Assembly (NCBI RefSeq): GCF_037042905.1
Contig: NC_087250.1
Location: forward strand, 5,024,001-5,088,000
Source of the DNA: Lytechinus pictus
Lineage: Eukaryota
Direction: 5' to 3'
Length of the DNA stretch: 64,000 bases
The translations under genes and the position numbers were made by a program. The notes beneath the pieces were generated by a model. The model was not told the origin of the DNA. It saw only the letters and a list, made by a program, of their open reading frames with translations, and ran no database searches. Shown one piece after another: positions 24,317 to 37,300 of the stretch (position 1 is its first letter; each line of letters starts with the position of its first letter).

Positions 24317-26211
24317 CTAGTACTATTACTATCATCATTGTTATTATTATTATTTACAGAGAATGGGAGAAGCCCAAGACGACACTAAGATGTCACAGCT
24401 TGCAAGGAAGGCCTACGATGATTCCCTCGCCCCTCACAACGCTCTGCCTATCAGAACCGCGGCCCGACTCGCCTGCAAGACCCTGCCAGTTAGGAAAGAT
24501 TTCGTTGAGAAGTAAGTTATAGAGACTTAAATTATGCTACATTTACATCAGCGAAGCCGATTACAAACTGACTGGTGGTATAAAGTCTTTGAAAATAACG
24601 TAGTGGATCGGTAAATTGCCAGTTCGTCTACTGCCAACCCCCAAAATGCTCAAAAGAACCGTGGAAACTAAAACAGGAGCCCTGAAAATCCCAATTTATT
24701 TCCATGTTAAAGCTTATCCAATTTGCAAAATTAGGCAGTATAACGCTGTAAAAAAAGTAGCACCCGAAAATAGAATATGTATATATTTATGTTGCCTATT
24801 CTACCTTGTGCATTTACAACAAACATCCGATTCGTCAATTGCCAACTCGTCCACTCACCACATGTTCTACTATCATTTGGTCTAGTGCAATTCCGTCCAT
24901 TAATGTTTCGTCCGACAACCATTCGGTCCATTACCCATTTGGTCCAATCATCACTTTGTCTAATCACCAGTTCGTCTATGACCAATTCGTCTCATGACAA
25001 GTTGGTCTGATATCCATTTCATTATCACTCATTTTGCACAATTAACACTAAGTCCAATTAGACCAAATGGCTATTGGACCAACTGGTTATTAAACGACAT
25101 GGTGAGTGGAATAATTGGTTATTAGACCATGTAAATAGTGGTAGATCAATTGATAGTAGGCGAGTTTGCATCATGACGAATTGGCATTGGATGAATTTGA
25201 AATAAACCAGTGGATGGGGCCTGTAATACAAAGCTCAATTATCAATCATCGTAAAACATTTTCACGATTGATTGCATTGACTACAATGTACAATTAATCG
25301 TAAAAATCAAGCTTACAATTAATCACCAACCCTGGTCGGACAGGACCCGTCTTGCAAAGAGTTATTATTGATCCGATCAACCATATTGAAATCCATCAAT
25401 GTCATTTTTTTCCCACAGGAAATGTTGACGATGTCCTTTGTAAACTAAAAGAATCTACCTTAAATTTCAGGAAAACCATGAAATAGATGAATATACATCA
25501 CTTACGTATCGAAAAAATTTCGAACAAACATGCATTTTAGATAAGGACGTTGCTGGCTTTCCATAGAATCTGATGTAGTTGATCGGATCAATCGCAACGC
25601 TTTGTAAGACGGGGCCCTAGAGTCAGTTTTATGGGTGTGAGTGTCATTACGAAGTGGGACGGACCTTCTTGACAAGAGCTCTAATCGCCGCCCCAAAGCA
25701 ACGTCCTCTCCCTTCTCATCCTAAATCTTTCTTTTCCATTTCCTTTAGAGGCCTCCCCCAATTTCAAGATCCAAGCTTAAGATGGCGGTCTCCCACTTTT
25801 CAAATGTATTATGTCGTTATATATATTTTTATGCTCATATTCATGTTTCAATAATTTAAAAAGTAATTTTCAGGTGTAAATATATCTTGATTTGTATAAT
25901 GTTATGTTTGTACAATGTTAATCATTATCTTGTCTGCTTATTGTTATATTATATGTTGAAAAAACTTGTGTATACTATTGATACTTTAATGTGGAAACCA
26001 AATCTAATCAAACCCTGTCCATTATTTTTTTTACAGGTACCTGAAACAGAACACCGCCGAGGCCATTGCCCTCCTCCCATCAACGGTGGGGGCGCTACAG
26101 ACGATCCACTCAACCATGGAGGCGGCATTCATCAAGAACGATCTCATGAAGGAAGCCGAGGCTGAAGCAGCAAAGAACAAGGCGGAGGACGCATCACAGC
26201 CAGTGGTCTAA
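20395..26211 (+). CDS. GLTP-domain, ceramide-1-phosphate transfer protein (CPTP/GLTPD1)-like: join(20395..20504,23114..23351,24360..24511,26037..26211), 224 aa
   Basis: GT-AG introns with phases 2, 0, 2; 675 nt open to TAA. Segments 'MGQVFYFASKD', 'AYDDSLAPH..IR..ACKTLP.RKDF' and 'NDLM' align by eye with the CPTP family. Several binding residues differ, so no symbol is assigned. Confidence 0.88.
21347..21528. mobile_element. CAC-ended MITE (GA TSD)
   Basis: ga|cacagtaaaaactgtggtg ... caccacagttttttacagtg|ga. Confidence 0.8.
21786..22065 (+). mobile_element. Full-length tRNA-derived SINE
   Basis: A-box tggtctagtgg, B-box ggttcgaatcc, conserved body, LINE-like 3' end with ATT-rich tail. Confidence 0.88.
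23114..23351 (+). CDS. GLTP/CPTP-like coding exon 2
   Basis: cttcgaag|G ... AAG|gtatat; strong GC3 codon bias. Confidence 0.9.
23368..23712. mobile_element. Palindromic TAGTC-ended MITE (Academ-like) 16 bp after a GLTP-gene donor; related pieces at about 3450, 11269, 14405, 21559 and 22121
   Basis: tagtctgcaagcacagaccctgattgaaactttgatcaacaa versus ttgttgatcaaagtttcaatcagggtctatgcctactgacta. Confidence 0.78.
23893..24320. repeat. Compound (TTA)n/(TAG)n microsatellite in GLTP-gene intron
   Basis: Seen directly. Confidence 0.97.
24360..24511 (+). CDS. GLTP/CPTP-like coding exon 3
   Basis: tttacag|AGA ... GAGAA|gtaagt. Confidence 0.9.
26037..26211 (+). CDS. GLTP/CPTP-like coding exon 4 (YLKQNTAEA...ASQPVV*)
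   Basis: ttttttacag|G; TAA at 26209-26211; candidate AATAAA at 26999-27004. Confidence 0.85.
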
Positions 26212-27211
26212 AGGCGTTGAATAAGACCGGGGACAGTGACGTTCCCTAAGGAACACCTAAATGATTTCCGTGCAATGTTGTATTCGAAGATGCGAATCAA
26301 GTTATTTTGTAATATTTTAGAATATTTTATAAGGGAGGGATAATTCGTGTCCGTTTATTCGTACTGGATCTGATTATTGCTTACTGAAATTTGTATAGTT
26401 TGCATAGTATCACCAAATGGGAAAACATCAAGCCTTTCAACCATCGGTCTCTTATCATCTGAAGTGCTGATTTGCTTGGACCAACACAGTAATTCCCAAC
26501 AGGTGTTCAATTCGTGGTGTTAGTTCGACACCCGTTGATGCTATTATCATGCCACTTTTTTATATTTTAGTACTCTTAAGTGTTAAATAATATGATCAAA
26601 TCCGAGGGCTTAATATATGGGCATGATTCTTTGAAGAAACCGACTGATGTCAGTTTTAAGACCACGGTTTTTTTTTTTAAGTGTAAGTTTTTATGATTGT
26701 TTGGGATTTGTTTGCAGTTTGGTCCAGACTGATGTTAGGCATGTGATTGGTGCGGGTGTAATGGACAATGGAAGGCCTAGAGGATCATCTAAAAAAATAC
26801 TCGAACGAATCTTTTCACTGTGGCAATCCTCAAGCTGGTTTGACAAGCATGACGGCGAAAGTAACGAAGGATGCACCATTAATGTTCAGTCTCCTTTCGC
26901 AATATTTGCACTTTGTTCATCATTAAGACAGACCGAATTTTAATACAGGTCATTATGACACATAGGCCTATTAAATTTTGTACGTTTACATATCAAAAAA
27001 TAAAGATCGTTCTTGCCGCCCATATCAAGAGCTCGTGTATGAAGTCTCTCTTTGTTCTGTGTCACGTAAATATATATTAATCGCCGATTATGAATTATTG
27101 AAGGTATAAGCTTCTGAAATAGGACACTGTGCTAACGCCACCGGCACTCATCAACCACCCATTTCTCTCCCTCTCCCCTATCTCCCCAACTCCTTCATAG
27201 TGGGTCTTCCA

Positions 27212-27606
27212 CAACGTTGCCAGAACTGGCAAAATTATGCTTTCTGGCATAATTTCGACCCTTTCAGCATAATTCATTATGCCTGGCATAATTCTGGCAT
27301 AATTATACTTTTTTTCTGGCATAATTTCGACCCTTTCAGCATAATTTGGGGCATAATTATACTTTTTTAAGCAAAGAATGTGGCATAATAATAGCATATT
27401 TAGCATAATTTTGATCTATTTGAAGATTGAAGACCTTTTTTTTTTGCTTGTCAATTTTTTTTCTGGTACGAAATCCTTTATTTGTGATTGAAGACCCCCC
27501 CTGTGGAAAATCCTAGGGACCAAAACGGTTTGGCATAATTTTTCGCGATTTAGCATAATTTCGCTGCTCCTCTGGCATAATTGGATTTTTTTCACTGGCC
27601 ACGCTG
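27212..27606. mobile_element. hAT-like MITE, exact 8-bp TSD gtcttcca, internal ggcataatt repeats
   Basis: caacgttgccag ... ctggccacgctg. Confidence 0.85.
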
Positions 27607-27709
27607 GTCTTCCATTTCCTTCCGGGGCTGCATGGGGAGGGGCACTGCCGTTACAAGGTGGCTACCATGCTCGTGAAATTTCAAAGCGGACCCTATCCTC
27701 CGATTACAT

Positions 27710-27983
27710 CAGGGCCCCGTCTTACAAAGAGTTATATACGATTGATTCGATCAACCTCAAGTGTACGGAAATCCATCAATAACATATTTTTATGTTTAGG
27801 AAATTTGCACAATGTCCTTTTTAAACAAAGAGAAGCATACTGAATTGTCAAGAAATGGTGAATATATAATATACATCACATCTAGAAAATATTTTGAACA
27901 AACATGTATGTTAGATGTTGCTGGCTTTCCATATAGTTGTGGTTGATTGGATCAATCGCTACTCTTTGTAAAACGGTGCCCTG
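27710..27983. mobile_element. MITE family 'gggccccgtcttacaaagag'; other copies at about 22375-22650, 25342-25618 and 52965-53205
   Basis: TIRs and interior shared among the four copies. Confidence 0.8.
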
Positions 27984-28870
27984 ATTACCCTGAAAAAGAA
28001 GTTTGTCATGTATTTCTCACCATAAATAATGCTCAATTATTTAATTTTCATGACAGTGGTTAAAGGTATATAATAAATGATTTTAAAAGGGTGCAATAGG
28101 CACCCTTTTATTTGGTTATTGATTTTTGCCTTTTAGATACTTCTTTTCACTGTACGCGAGTACATCGCCCGATCTTGGAGAGCAACCCCTTTTATACGTT
28201 TTTTTGTAAAGGAGTATATTGTCAACGTTGTTATGGCAATGCCCATCTTGCCTTCCCCTGATTTTTCTCTCCTTCGCCCCCTCCCTCTCTCCATCTCCCT
28301 CCCCCTCTCTCAATCTCTCTTACTGTGTTTTTAATAATAATAATAACAACGCGCCTCGGAATAGAATATTTCTAGATAGATGGCGCTATATAAATGCCTA
28401 TTATTATTATTTTTTCACTGCAAACAGCATTTCTCTCTCCTAACAAACCACCTCTTCCTCACTTCTTCCTTCTTTCCCCCTTCTCCCCCCTCTCTCTCTC
28501 CCTTTCAACAATCATTACAATTTTATCATGTTTATGTAAGTAATATTCCCTCTTCTAAAGTACCCTTAGAAAAGGTATTACCCCCCCCCCCCATTTCATG
28601 ACTTCTTTCTCCTATCCGTTCAGGGGCCTGTTGCAAAAAGAGTTGCGTTTAAACGGAAGTCAAAACATCAAGCGCAAGTCGCGAATACGGGTGCTTCATG
28701 GGGGGGGGGGGGGTTGATTGCAACTCTTTCTGCAACGGGCCCCAGGTATATATAGAAAGAAAAAGGGGAATGAAATTGTATCTGGGGCGAGGTTTTCTTC
28801 CAACATTCATGACCTCATTCGTTTGCTTGCCTTATTGGCCCATTCTACAGTCTAGCCAACCAGGTCTAAA

Positions 28871-30140
28871 CACCGGTGTTAATTTAACAACAGCCTGGTA
28901 TCTACAGCATTGTATCTATATCTGTCTTTTCAGTCCACATCAGAGAGGTGTTGAAACAATATCTGGTTAGCGTTAGGCTTACACCAATGTAGCATTTAAA
29001 GGAGAATCCAACCCCCAAAAAACTTGCTTTTAGAGGAAAAAGGATAATCAGACAAGTTGATAAGTGAATATTTGAAAGATATCGGAAAAACAATAAGAAA
29101 GTTATGAAATTTTAAAAGTTGTGAATATTGGTAATCACTGTACCTACAGAGATTTCAAATTGGCAACAAATGTGATGTCATAGTGATGTAAGGCAAGGGC
29201 TACTCTTCCATGTACTCAAATACATATAATGACTAAAATTACATTTTTTTCAAATGTTTTACTTCAAATTACATTTTTCTTTTATGAGGACATAAAACAA
29301 TGGCTACCTGGGCTATAATTAGATTACAGCCCTGCAGGTGAATAGGTACTTAGGAGAAAACCACAAATCACTGATAATAAAGTACATGGCGTATGGCGTT
29401 GTCCTTGCCCCTTGTCATAATTTACTTACCCAGTTGCCAAATTGAAATCTACATATACCCCTTTCGTAAACCCAATAAAACCTATCCTCCAATTAGCCGC
29501 CTAAGAGTAATGCGGATAATTCAATAAAAAATGCGTTCACAAACTCCGAAAATTATCCGCATTATTTTTACGAGCGCCCGTCCTGAAAAAGGTGGATAAT
29601 CGTCATGACAACTGGACACGCCCCCTCCGATGCGGTTGTGTTGGAAAAGGGTGACCTTGTGACCGCACCATGGCAATTATCCGCATTATTTGGAAATACG
29701 TTCATAAACTCAAAATCTTGTCACGATGCCGCTATTATGCGGATAATAGCAGCATCAGAATAATGCGGATAACTCTTGTCCTCTTCTGATTTTACGACCA
29801 AATTATGCTGCTATTAGCCGCATAATTGGGTTTTATTGGGTTTATGAAAAGGGTAATAGTCTTAGAGATCTCAATTTTAAAACAGCCATAACTTTCTTCT
29901 TGTCGGATTTCTTTCAAACTTTCACTATTCTGTTTTATTTTTTTTCTCCTTCCAAACACAACATGTTGTGACCAAGGCTGGATTCCCCTTTAAGTAACAC
30001 CAATTAGTGTTAAACCATTATCGGTTTAATTCTTAACTGGTGTCGTTTAAACGCTTCCCTGGACATGCTGGAGAGATCAGTGGTGTGGATCGATATAGGT
30101 ACCAAGCTGGTGTTAAATTAACACTGACGTTTTTGCAATG
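28871..30140. mobile_element. Triple nest: CACT-family MITE > TTAA Kolobok-like element (29000-29989) > TACCC-ended element with ATA TSD (29456-29855)
   Basis: Inner TIR pairs and TSDs read directly. The outer halves rejoin to match the 19665 copy; the outer left end is degraded. Confidence 0.82.
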
Positions 30141-31075
30141 TATAGTCAGTATGTCCACGAACATCAAAATACAGACAACATTGAAGAAACTGCTTCACAA
30201 AAGAATTAAAGTTGATTTTTTTTTCTTTTTAATGATAACGCAAAAACTTTATGAAGAATAATCTCCTCACTTTCAGCCAAATGAGAGAACATGGTTGAAG
30301 GCACGATCAAATATTTCTAAATGATGATTACGTTGAGTTAAGGAATATGCGACGGATACTAGAGCTAAATTTATAGAAAATAGAATAGTGCGAGAAAAAA
30401 GACGCATACAATTTTTTTTTTATAAAACAGGACAGCGATGGAGCAAAGCAACCGAGCTTGTCAGGGGTGCTTTGCATTTTCTGAAAAGAAACTGAAGGAT
30501 ATCGCGACACACTTTTGGTTGATTTTGCGTTTTTTAAATAAAAATGAGGGTTATCAATATTTCGGGGGGGGGGGGGGCAACTACCCCCTGCCTCCCTCCT
30601 GCGTACTGCCATACCATACCAACTGGCAATGGCAAAAAATTAAAACTTATGCTTTTAGTTCTACTTTCTTTTCTTAAAGGTAATGTATATTGGTCAACAA
30701 TTTTATATATACAATCTTATTTCGACTACATGACTTAGAAATTTATTTTCTCAGAGGCATTACATTTTCTACAAGCTCTGCCTCTTTTTTAGTGATTTAT
30801 TTATCGTGCTTTCTACATCATGTGTAATAAATCTATTTATTTTGTATATGTATCAAAGAATTATTGCCAATTTACTTCAATTTTTATGTACAATTTTTTT
30901 CTCTATGTTTTTGTATTGTATTCTTGAATTGTTCATTAGACATATGAGAAATAAAATACCCCTTGAACTGAAATAGTTTAAGGGAGCAACTGGTAATTTA
31001 TTAAAGTGGAATGATGTGCGACCTGAAGGTGAGTTGTGTGTGTTTGGTAAGCTATCGATGAGGGCGCCCTCCCTC

Positions 31076-31383
31076 TCACATTGTGCCATCTTCCATGGGG
31101 TCATCATCACGAGGCCCGTGGTCTGGACCAGGGTTTGGTCCATGGTCTGGTCCGCCGTGTTCGCTGCTTCCACCATGTCCATGAGGGCGATCGTTATTCT
31201 CTCCAGAGTGTCCCGGTGGTCCATGGTGTGGTCCGTGTCCGTGGTGTGGTGGTCCATGATGCCCCTCGTTTTCGCTGCTACCACCATGATGCCCATGGTG
31301 GTCGTCGTTATTCTCCCCTGAGTGTCCCGGTGGACCACGGTTGAGGTGATGTTCTTCGCTGTTGCCCCCAGGGCCACCACTAC
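31076..31383 (-). CDS. His-rich membrane protein exon 4
   Basis: aattgcag|GT; GC-rich; 101 codons of mostly G/H/P/S/D/E/N, then TGA. Confidence 0.85.
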
Positions 31384-34300
31384 CTGCAATTGCAAGTAAA
31401 AGTGAATTGAAAGTTTGTGATCATGAATAATACAGCTTTATAAACCCCAAAATAGAAGATTTACTTACTTACATGACAATCAAAATAATTACTTTGCGCA
31501 AATAAATGCCTTGATAATATTTCTATGGTAAAATAATAATATTATTATAGCATTTGTAAGGCGCCGAATATCTAGTTGCATATTCACTGGCGCTTTCTCA
31601 CCGTGTCTTTAAGCCCAAGCTGCTTATGTATAAGGCGCTTCAAAAAATTACTCCTACCGGGAACCCATTTACTTCACCTGGGTTGAGTACAGCACGACGT
31701 GGGTTAATTTCTTGCCGAATAAAACTACGCCATGGCTGGGTATCGAATCCACAACCCTCTATTTCGAAGTCAGCATAACCCCAGTCAGCTTCTTACCATT
31801 TCTTGGAGGAGGTGGTCGCATTTCATCGCCATGGTCTGCCTGAAACTTATCCCAACGGTGATGACCTCCACCATACTACAATTAAAATAAATGAAGAGAG
31901 AGAGAGAGAGAGAGAGATAGAAATATTAAGTAGGTATTTTAATCTACATCATTCTTTCAAATACAGAAGTAGAACAAAAGAAAGCGGTCATGTTGTTGAT
32001 TAACATAACATATATTGACATTCTCATGATACTGTAGGGCTGGCCTGCCTGCAATATTAATTGTTCAAATTTACTCTTTGTGTTATTCGTTCGAATCGAA
32101 ACTGAAACATCATGATGTTATCAAATATGGAATTAAAAACAGGGGCTCTTGTTACAATGATGTCAATATAATAATATAGGGTATTTATATTGCGCACATA
32201 TCCACCTTGTTAGGTGCTCAAGGCGCTCCTATATTACCCGGCTAAGCTAGGCGTTCATAGCGCACACAGCTTTTTAAGGAATTACTTCCTACCGGTACCA
32301 ATTTACCTCACCTGGGTTGAGTGCAGCACATTGTGGATCAGTTTCTTGCTGAAGGAAATCACGCCATGGCTGGGATTCGAACCCACGACCCTCTGTTTCA
32401 AAGTCCGGGGACTAATCCATTGGGCCACAACGCTCCACAATAATACCATCACAATGGATCGTAAAACGTAATATATATGATCATAAGCATGTATATTCTC
32501 ACAGAGAGAACAACAATATTTATGTAGGCAAAAAGGAATTATTAACATATGTTAATGTCCAATCGAACAATAAGTTAGTTGGTTGGAATGAAACAAAAAA
32601 TATCACACAGACATGTCACTGATAATTCTATCAGTGAGTAAAGAAACATCTTCACTCTTGACCCCTCTCCCTTTTCTCTCGGCTAGCTCCTTCCCTTTCC
32701 CCACCCTCTCTCTCCCTCGCTGGATCCCTCCTCCCCCTCTCTCTGATCGGCCTCCCCCTCCCCCTTTCCTCCCCCTCACTGAGGCTGTTCTCACTACGTT
32801 CCTAAAACTAGTTTACTGGAAACTAGTTTACTGGAAACTAGTTTAGTGGAAACTAGTTTAACGCGTAGTGAGAACGGTCGAAGCGGTCTTGGAAGCGATC
32901 TTCCAAACCAGTTTGGAAAACCACCTCGCGATGTAGTTTTCAAGATCGCTTTGCCTTGTTAAACTGGTTTTAGCGTAAGTGAGGACACAACCGTTCTTCG
33001 GGAAGCGATCTTCGCACATTTTGAGCGCGCTACTCCACACGACAGGTGTAGAATGCCTATGCTGCGGTTTCGAATTTCGCGCGAAACGTGTCACCCCACT
33101 GAGAGCGTTTCCATAGCAACAAGAGCGCTTTACGTGAAGTGATTTTGAAAACCACTTTCGTGTGATCAAGTGGGAACGCTAGCAAAGCGATATTCCAAAG
33201 TGGTTTCCTGAATCGGTTTCCAGTAAACTAGTTTTAGAAAGCGTAACGAGAACGGCCTTTATTCTCCTCTCTCTCTCTCCCTCTCACCCTCTCACCCTCG
33301 GATCCCCTCTCCCCCTTTCTCTCTTCTTTGGCCATCCCTCCCCCATTTCTGCCCCTCCCGGTCCCTCTCTGTGCTTACCGAATTGCCACCAACCTCCCTT
33401 GACTAGCGCCCCCTCAGTCTCCTACATCTCACACCCTCACTCTCTCCTTAAGTTCTCCTCCCTCCCGCCCTAGCTCCCCCTCCTCCCAGTGGCGTAGCTA
33501 GGATTTTTTTCCCGGGGGGGCACTGGGGGGTCCTTGATTTTTCAGGGGGGGCACCGACCATTTTTCCGGTGTGTGCGTATGTGTCACAAGGGCGGATCCG
33601 ACTTTCGTCAATAGGGGACGGGGCGCGAAATTATCTTCACCTATATCAGTCACTTCTTAGTTTTATTCTTATAAAACGACATAAACATGAAATAATCTGA
33701 TAAGCCTTATGAAAAGTGCGAGCGCGAAGCGCGAGCGATTTTTTTTTTTTACTTTCATGTATTTTTAATCTAATTTTCTGGGCGATGTTATGTGTGATCC
33801 TGAACAAGATTCGTATGTAACTAGATGGGTACTGCGAACGCCAAGCGCGAACAGAAATTGTTATCAACTGTTCTAGCATTATCGAAAAGGGACCTGTTAA
33901 GAACTGCTTACAGTTACCCACGAAGACGGTATATATTTCAATAATGCGAGCGCGAAGCGCGAGCAATTTTTTTTTACATTCCGACCTAAAAAATGATCAT
34001 TCTAAGCACTTTTTGTATTAATAAATGGGATAGGTATGTAACTAAAAAATTGATGCGAGCGCGAAGCGCGAGAGGAAGAAATTGAGATTTTAGACCTAAA
34101 AGCGGGACACTCTATTCACATTTTGTAAATCATAAATAGGATATAGTCAATGGGGTATCATTAATAATGCGATCGTGAAGCGTGAGCAGACAATTATTGA
34201 TATTCTGATGTGAAACTGGATAATTTAAGTACATGTACATTTTAAATAAAGAACATGCAGGCTATCGCGCATGTTGTAGATTTAGACCTAGAATCTGGGC

Positions 34301-37300
34301 ATTCTGAATACATTTGTTTAATGGAACATTATGGAATACACGTAGACAATATGAACTTCGCAAATCAAACAATGTGACCAAGCAGCTTGAGCTTAAAATG
34401 CTGATATATGTAGACCATAAAACGGACATTTTACAGAGCACTTATTTGTAAATGAAAAAAAAAATAATAAAAGCTTGATGTCCGAGCTAAAATATGTGTT
34501 GCATATTGACTTCAAAACTTGCTCCATATCAGCCTATTGAGCAAGATATGAATCTCATCGAACAGGCACTTCTGGCGCGAAGCGCCAGCAAAAATTTTAT
34601 ATAGTAACATGAAAAGATTTGTTTTTTAATTACATTATTTAATTCACTCGTCTTTCTCCTCTTATTTTCTTCTTCTTTTTTTTTCTTCTGTCTTTCTTCT
34701 TCTTTTCCTTTTTTTTTTCCTTTTTTCTTTTCTTCTTTCTCCCTTTTTTAATTTTTTTTTGCTCTGCCATTTTTTTCTGGGGGGGCACCTGGGGGGGCAC
34801 ACCAAATCTCAGGGGGGGCACGTGCCCCCCCAGGCCCCCCCGTAGCTACGCCACTGCCTCCTCCGCTCACAGATGTGCTTACCGAATTGCCACCAACCTC
34901 CCTTGACTAGCGCCCCCTCAGTCTCCTACATCTCACCCCCTCACTCTCTCCTTCTTCGCATCCCTCCCTCCACCCCGCCCTAGCTCCGCCTACCCCGCTC
35001 ACAGATGTGCTTACCGAATTGCCGCCAACCTCCCCTGACTAGCACCCCTCGGTCTCTTACATCTCACCCCCTCACTCTCTCCTTCCCATCCCACCCTCCC
35101 GCCCTAGCCCCTCCCCCACACACAAAATTGCTTACCGAATTGCCACACCAGCCTCCCCTGACCAGCATCCTGTGAGTGAAGAAACCGATGCATCCCACAA
35201 GGAGCAGTGCTGTCACCACACCCATGGTGATCTTCTGCCATCGCTTCAGGGAACTACAGCAGCCTCCTCTAGCGCCCTCTCGCGTCTGGACGGCGAGTTC
35301 ATTTTCGAGCTTGTCTGTCGGGATTGGTACCTGTAAAACGATATGGATATTTATAATTTGGTTTATATCTATATAGGGGCCGCGCGGAAGGGTTTCGAAA
35401 GTGAGGGGGGGGGGGGGCTGACCATGTAAATCAGATGGTCATTAATTTACGCTTTTGTATACACGGTTTTGAAAAGAAGTGGGAGCCCCCTGCCCGGTTC
35501 TGCAGCCCCGTCTGTTACGATCTAGGGACACCAATTAAGTTTGTCAGTTTGGACACCGAGTTTACAGTGAACCTGTAGAAAAAAAAAATCCGTTGTCATA
35601 AAAGACGGAGGCCATATATTCAATGCCAATAATAAGACGAATACTCTGCCATATATTTACCAATTCAAGCCACCCATACAATGGTACTGGAGTAAATTCA
35701 ATTAAAACTGAATCATAATACTGTATATTATAATATCTAATTGAGTGAAATTTCACTCGCTTTCCACTCCCTTGGTGGTAACTACGACAAGGATCACTCA
35801 ATATGGAGTGAATTTACAATGAACACGTGAACATTTCATACATATTACACTTTAAAAAGGGTGACATTCACTCACAATAAGTGCAAGTCACTCTCAATCC
35901 AGTTCATATCATTCACTCCCTCTGATGAGTAAATTACTAATACTTGGCGTTTTTTTAAGTAGGTGTACAACTACACAGAGACGGAACTAGGTAATGAGTT
36001 AGAGGGGGGGGGGGGGGGGGCTCACCTAAATGACGTCATTTTCTCTCTCAGTAGAATACCAATATATTTCAATTTCAATTGAAATGTCGCCTGGTAGTAT
36101 AAATTACAAGGATATTGGTGGGTTTTTTTTATATTTTAAATAAACTGAGTAGAATTGGCTGGCAGTGGCGTACAGATGGGAGGGAACTCTTGCTGTTCGC
36201 TCACTCGCAAGTTTTGTTTTTAAAGAAATTTTTCCCGATACAACCGACGAATCTGGTTCATTATTCATGGTGCCCGATGGATCCGACTACCCGTCAATAA
36301 TTATCACAGAAATCCGGTGTGCCTCAGTGCCGGATCGAGAAGGGGGGGGGGGGGGAGGGGCGGGGACTGAGAGGGGCACTTATACCAAGACCTCAGCAGC
36401 AGATTTTTTTTCCTCGAAGGGCTCGTCAAAAAAAATTCCGACAAATGGTGGTAACTTTTAACGCCTTTTTTTTTTTGCTTTTCAATTCCTTTCCTTCAGT
36501 AAGCGGACTATACATCACCGCGTTGACACGGATATCCGTCACTCGGCCAACATACGCACATGTGAGGTATGAAAAAGGGAATTCGCATCCTGCAGGGCAC
36601 TGAACTTCACTTTGCTTATTTGGCCATCGTTATTTCGAAATTCCAAGTAGGGGTGAATCGATTCGGGTTTATAATATACAAGGAAAGGGTGGCAGTAGTG
36701 GCACAGAAAACTGTCATCAATTCGATATCTTTCATTTTTTGTCTTTAATTCTTTCTCTCTATAAAACATGACAGGCAAATGGTAAAAAGAAAAAGAAGAC
36801 ACAAACTAAAAATCGGTCACTTTCTCTTTCTGTATCTAAAATAAATGACAGGTGAAAAGATAAAAAGAAAAGTCTCTTTACTTCAAAAGGGATCGAATTT
36901 CATCCTCTCTTCATAAGGGAGGGTGCACAGCAGGTGCAGTTCCCTTTTCTCTAGGAATGTTAAAAATATAGATGAGCCCCCCCCCCCCCCTCTCCACAAA
37001 GGGCATTCACAATAGAAGAGCATTTTTACCTCCAAAAAATAAACTTAACATGCACCTCCCCTTTCTGGTTCTTGCCTGCACAGACACAAGATACTAAAGG
37101 GTATTCTTATAGTTTGCAAAATATAGGTCACATTGAGAGCCCGCCCCCCCCCCCTTCCTGGCATACAGTATCTACGCCTAAAATTTCGAGTTGGGCTATT
37201 GTACATCGTTTAACCTTTCAATGACGAGTATAGCTCAAAATGATAATAAATTCCATTTATTGTAAAGAAAAAAAATCAAAATAGCGTAATTTGTTCCTTG

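Noticed and set aside
30877..31395. 172-aa ORF-track protein (MQLQVVVALG...)
   Set aside because: Wrong frame. The splice phase from exon 3 selects the His/Gly-rich frame ending at 31076.
31076..31875. Calling the His-rich gene Transformer (185/333)
   Set aside because: Similar composition only. Transformer genes have two exons and an N-terminal leader; this gene has four coding exons and an internal TM helix.
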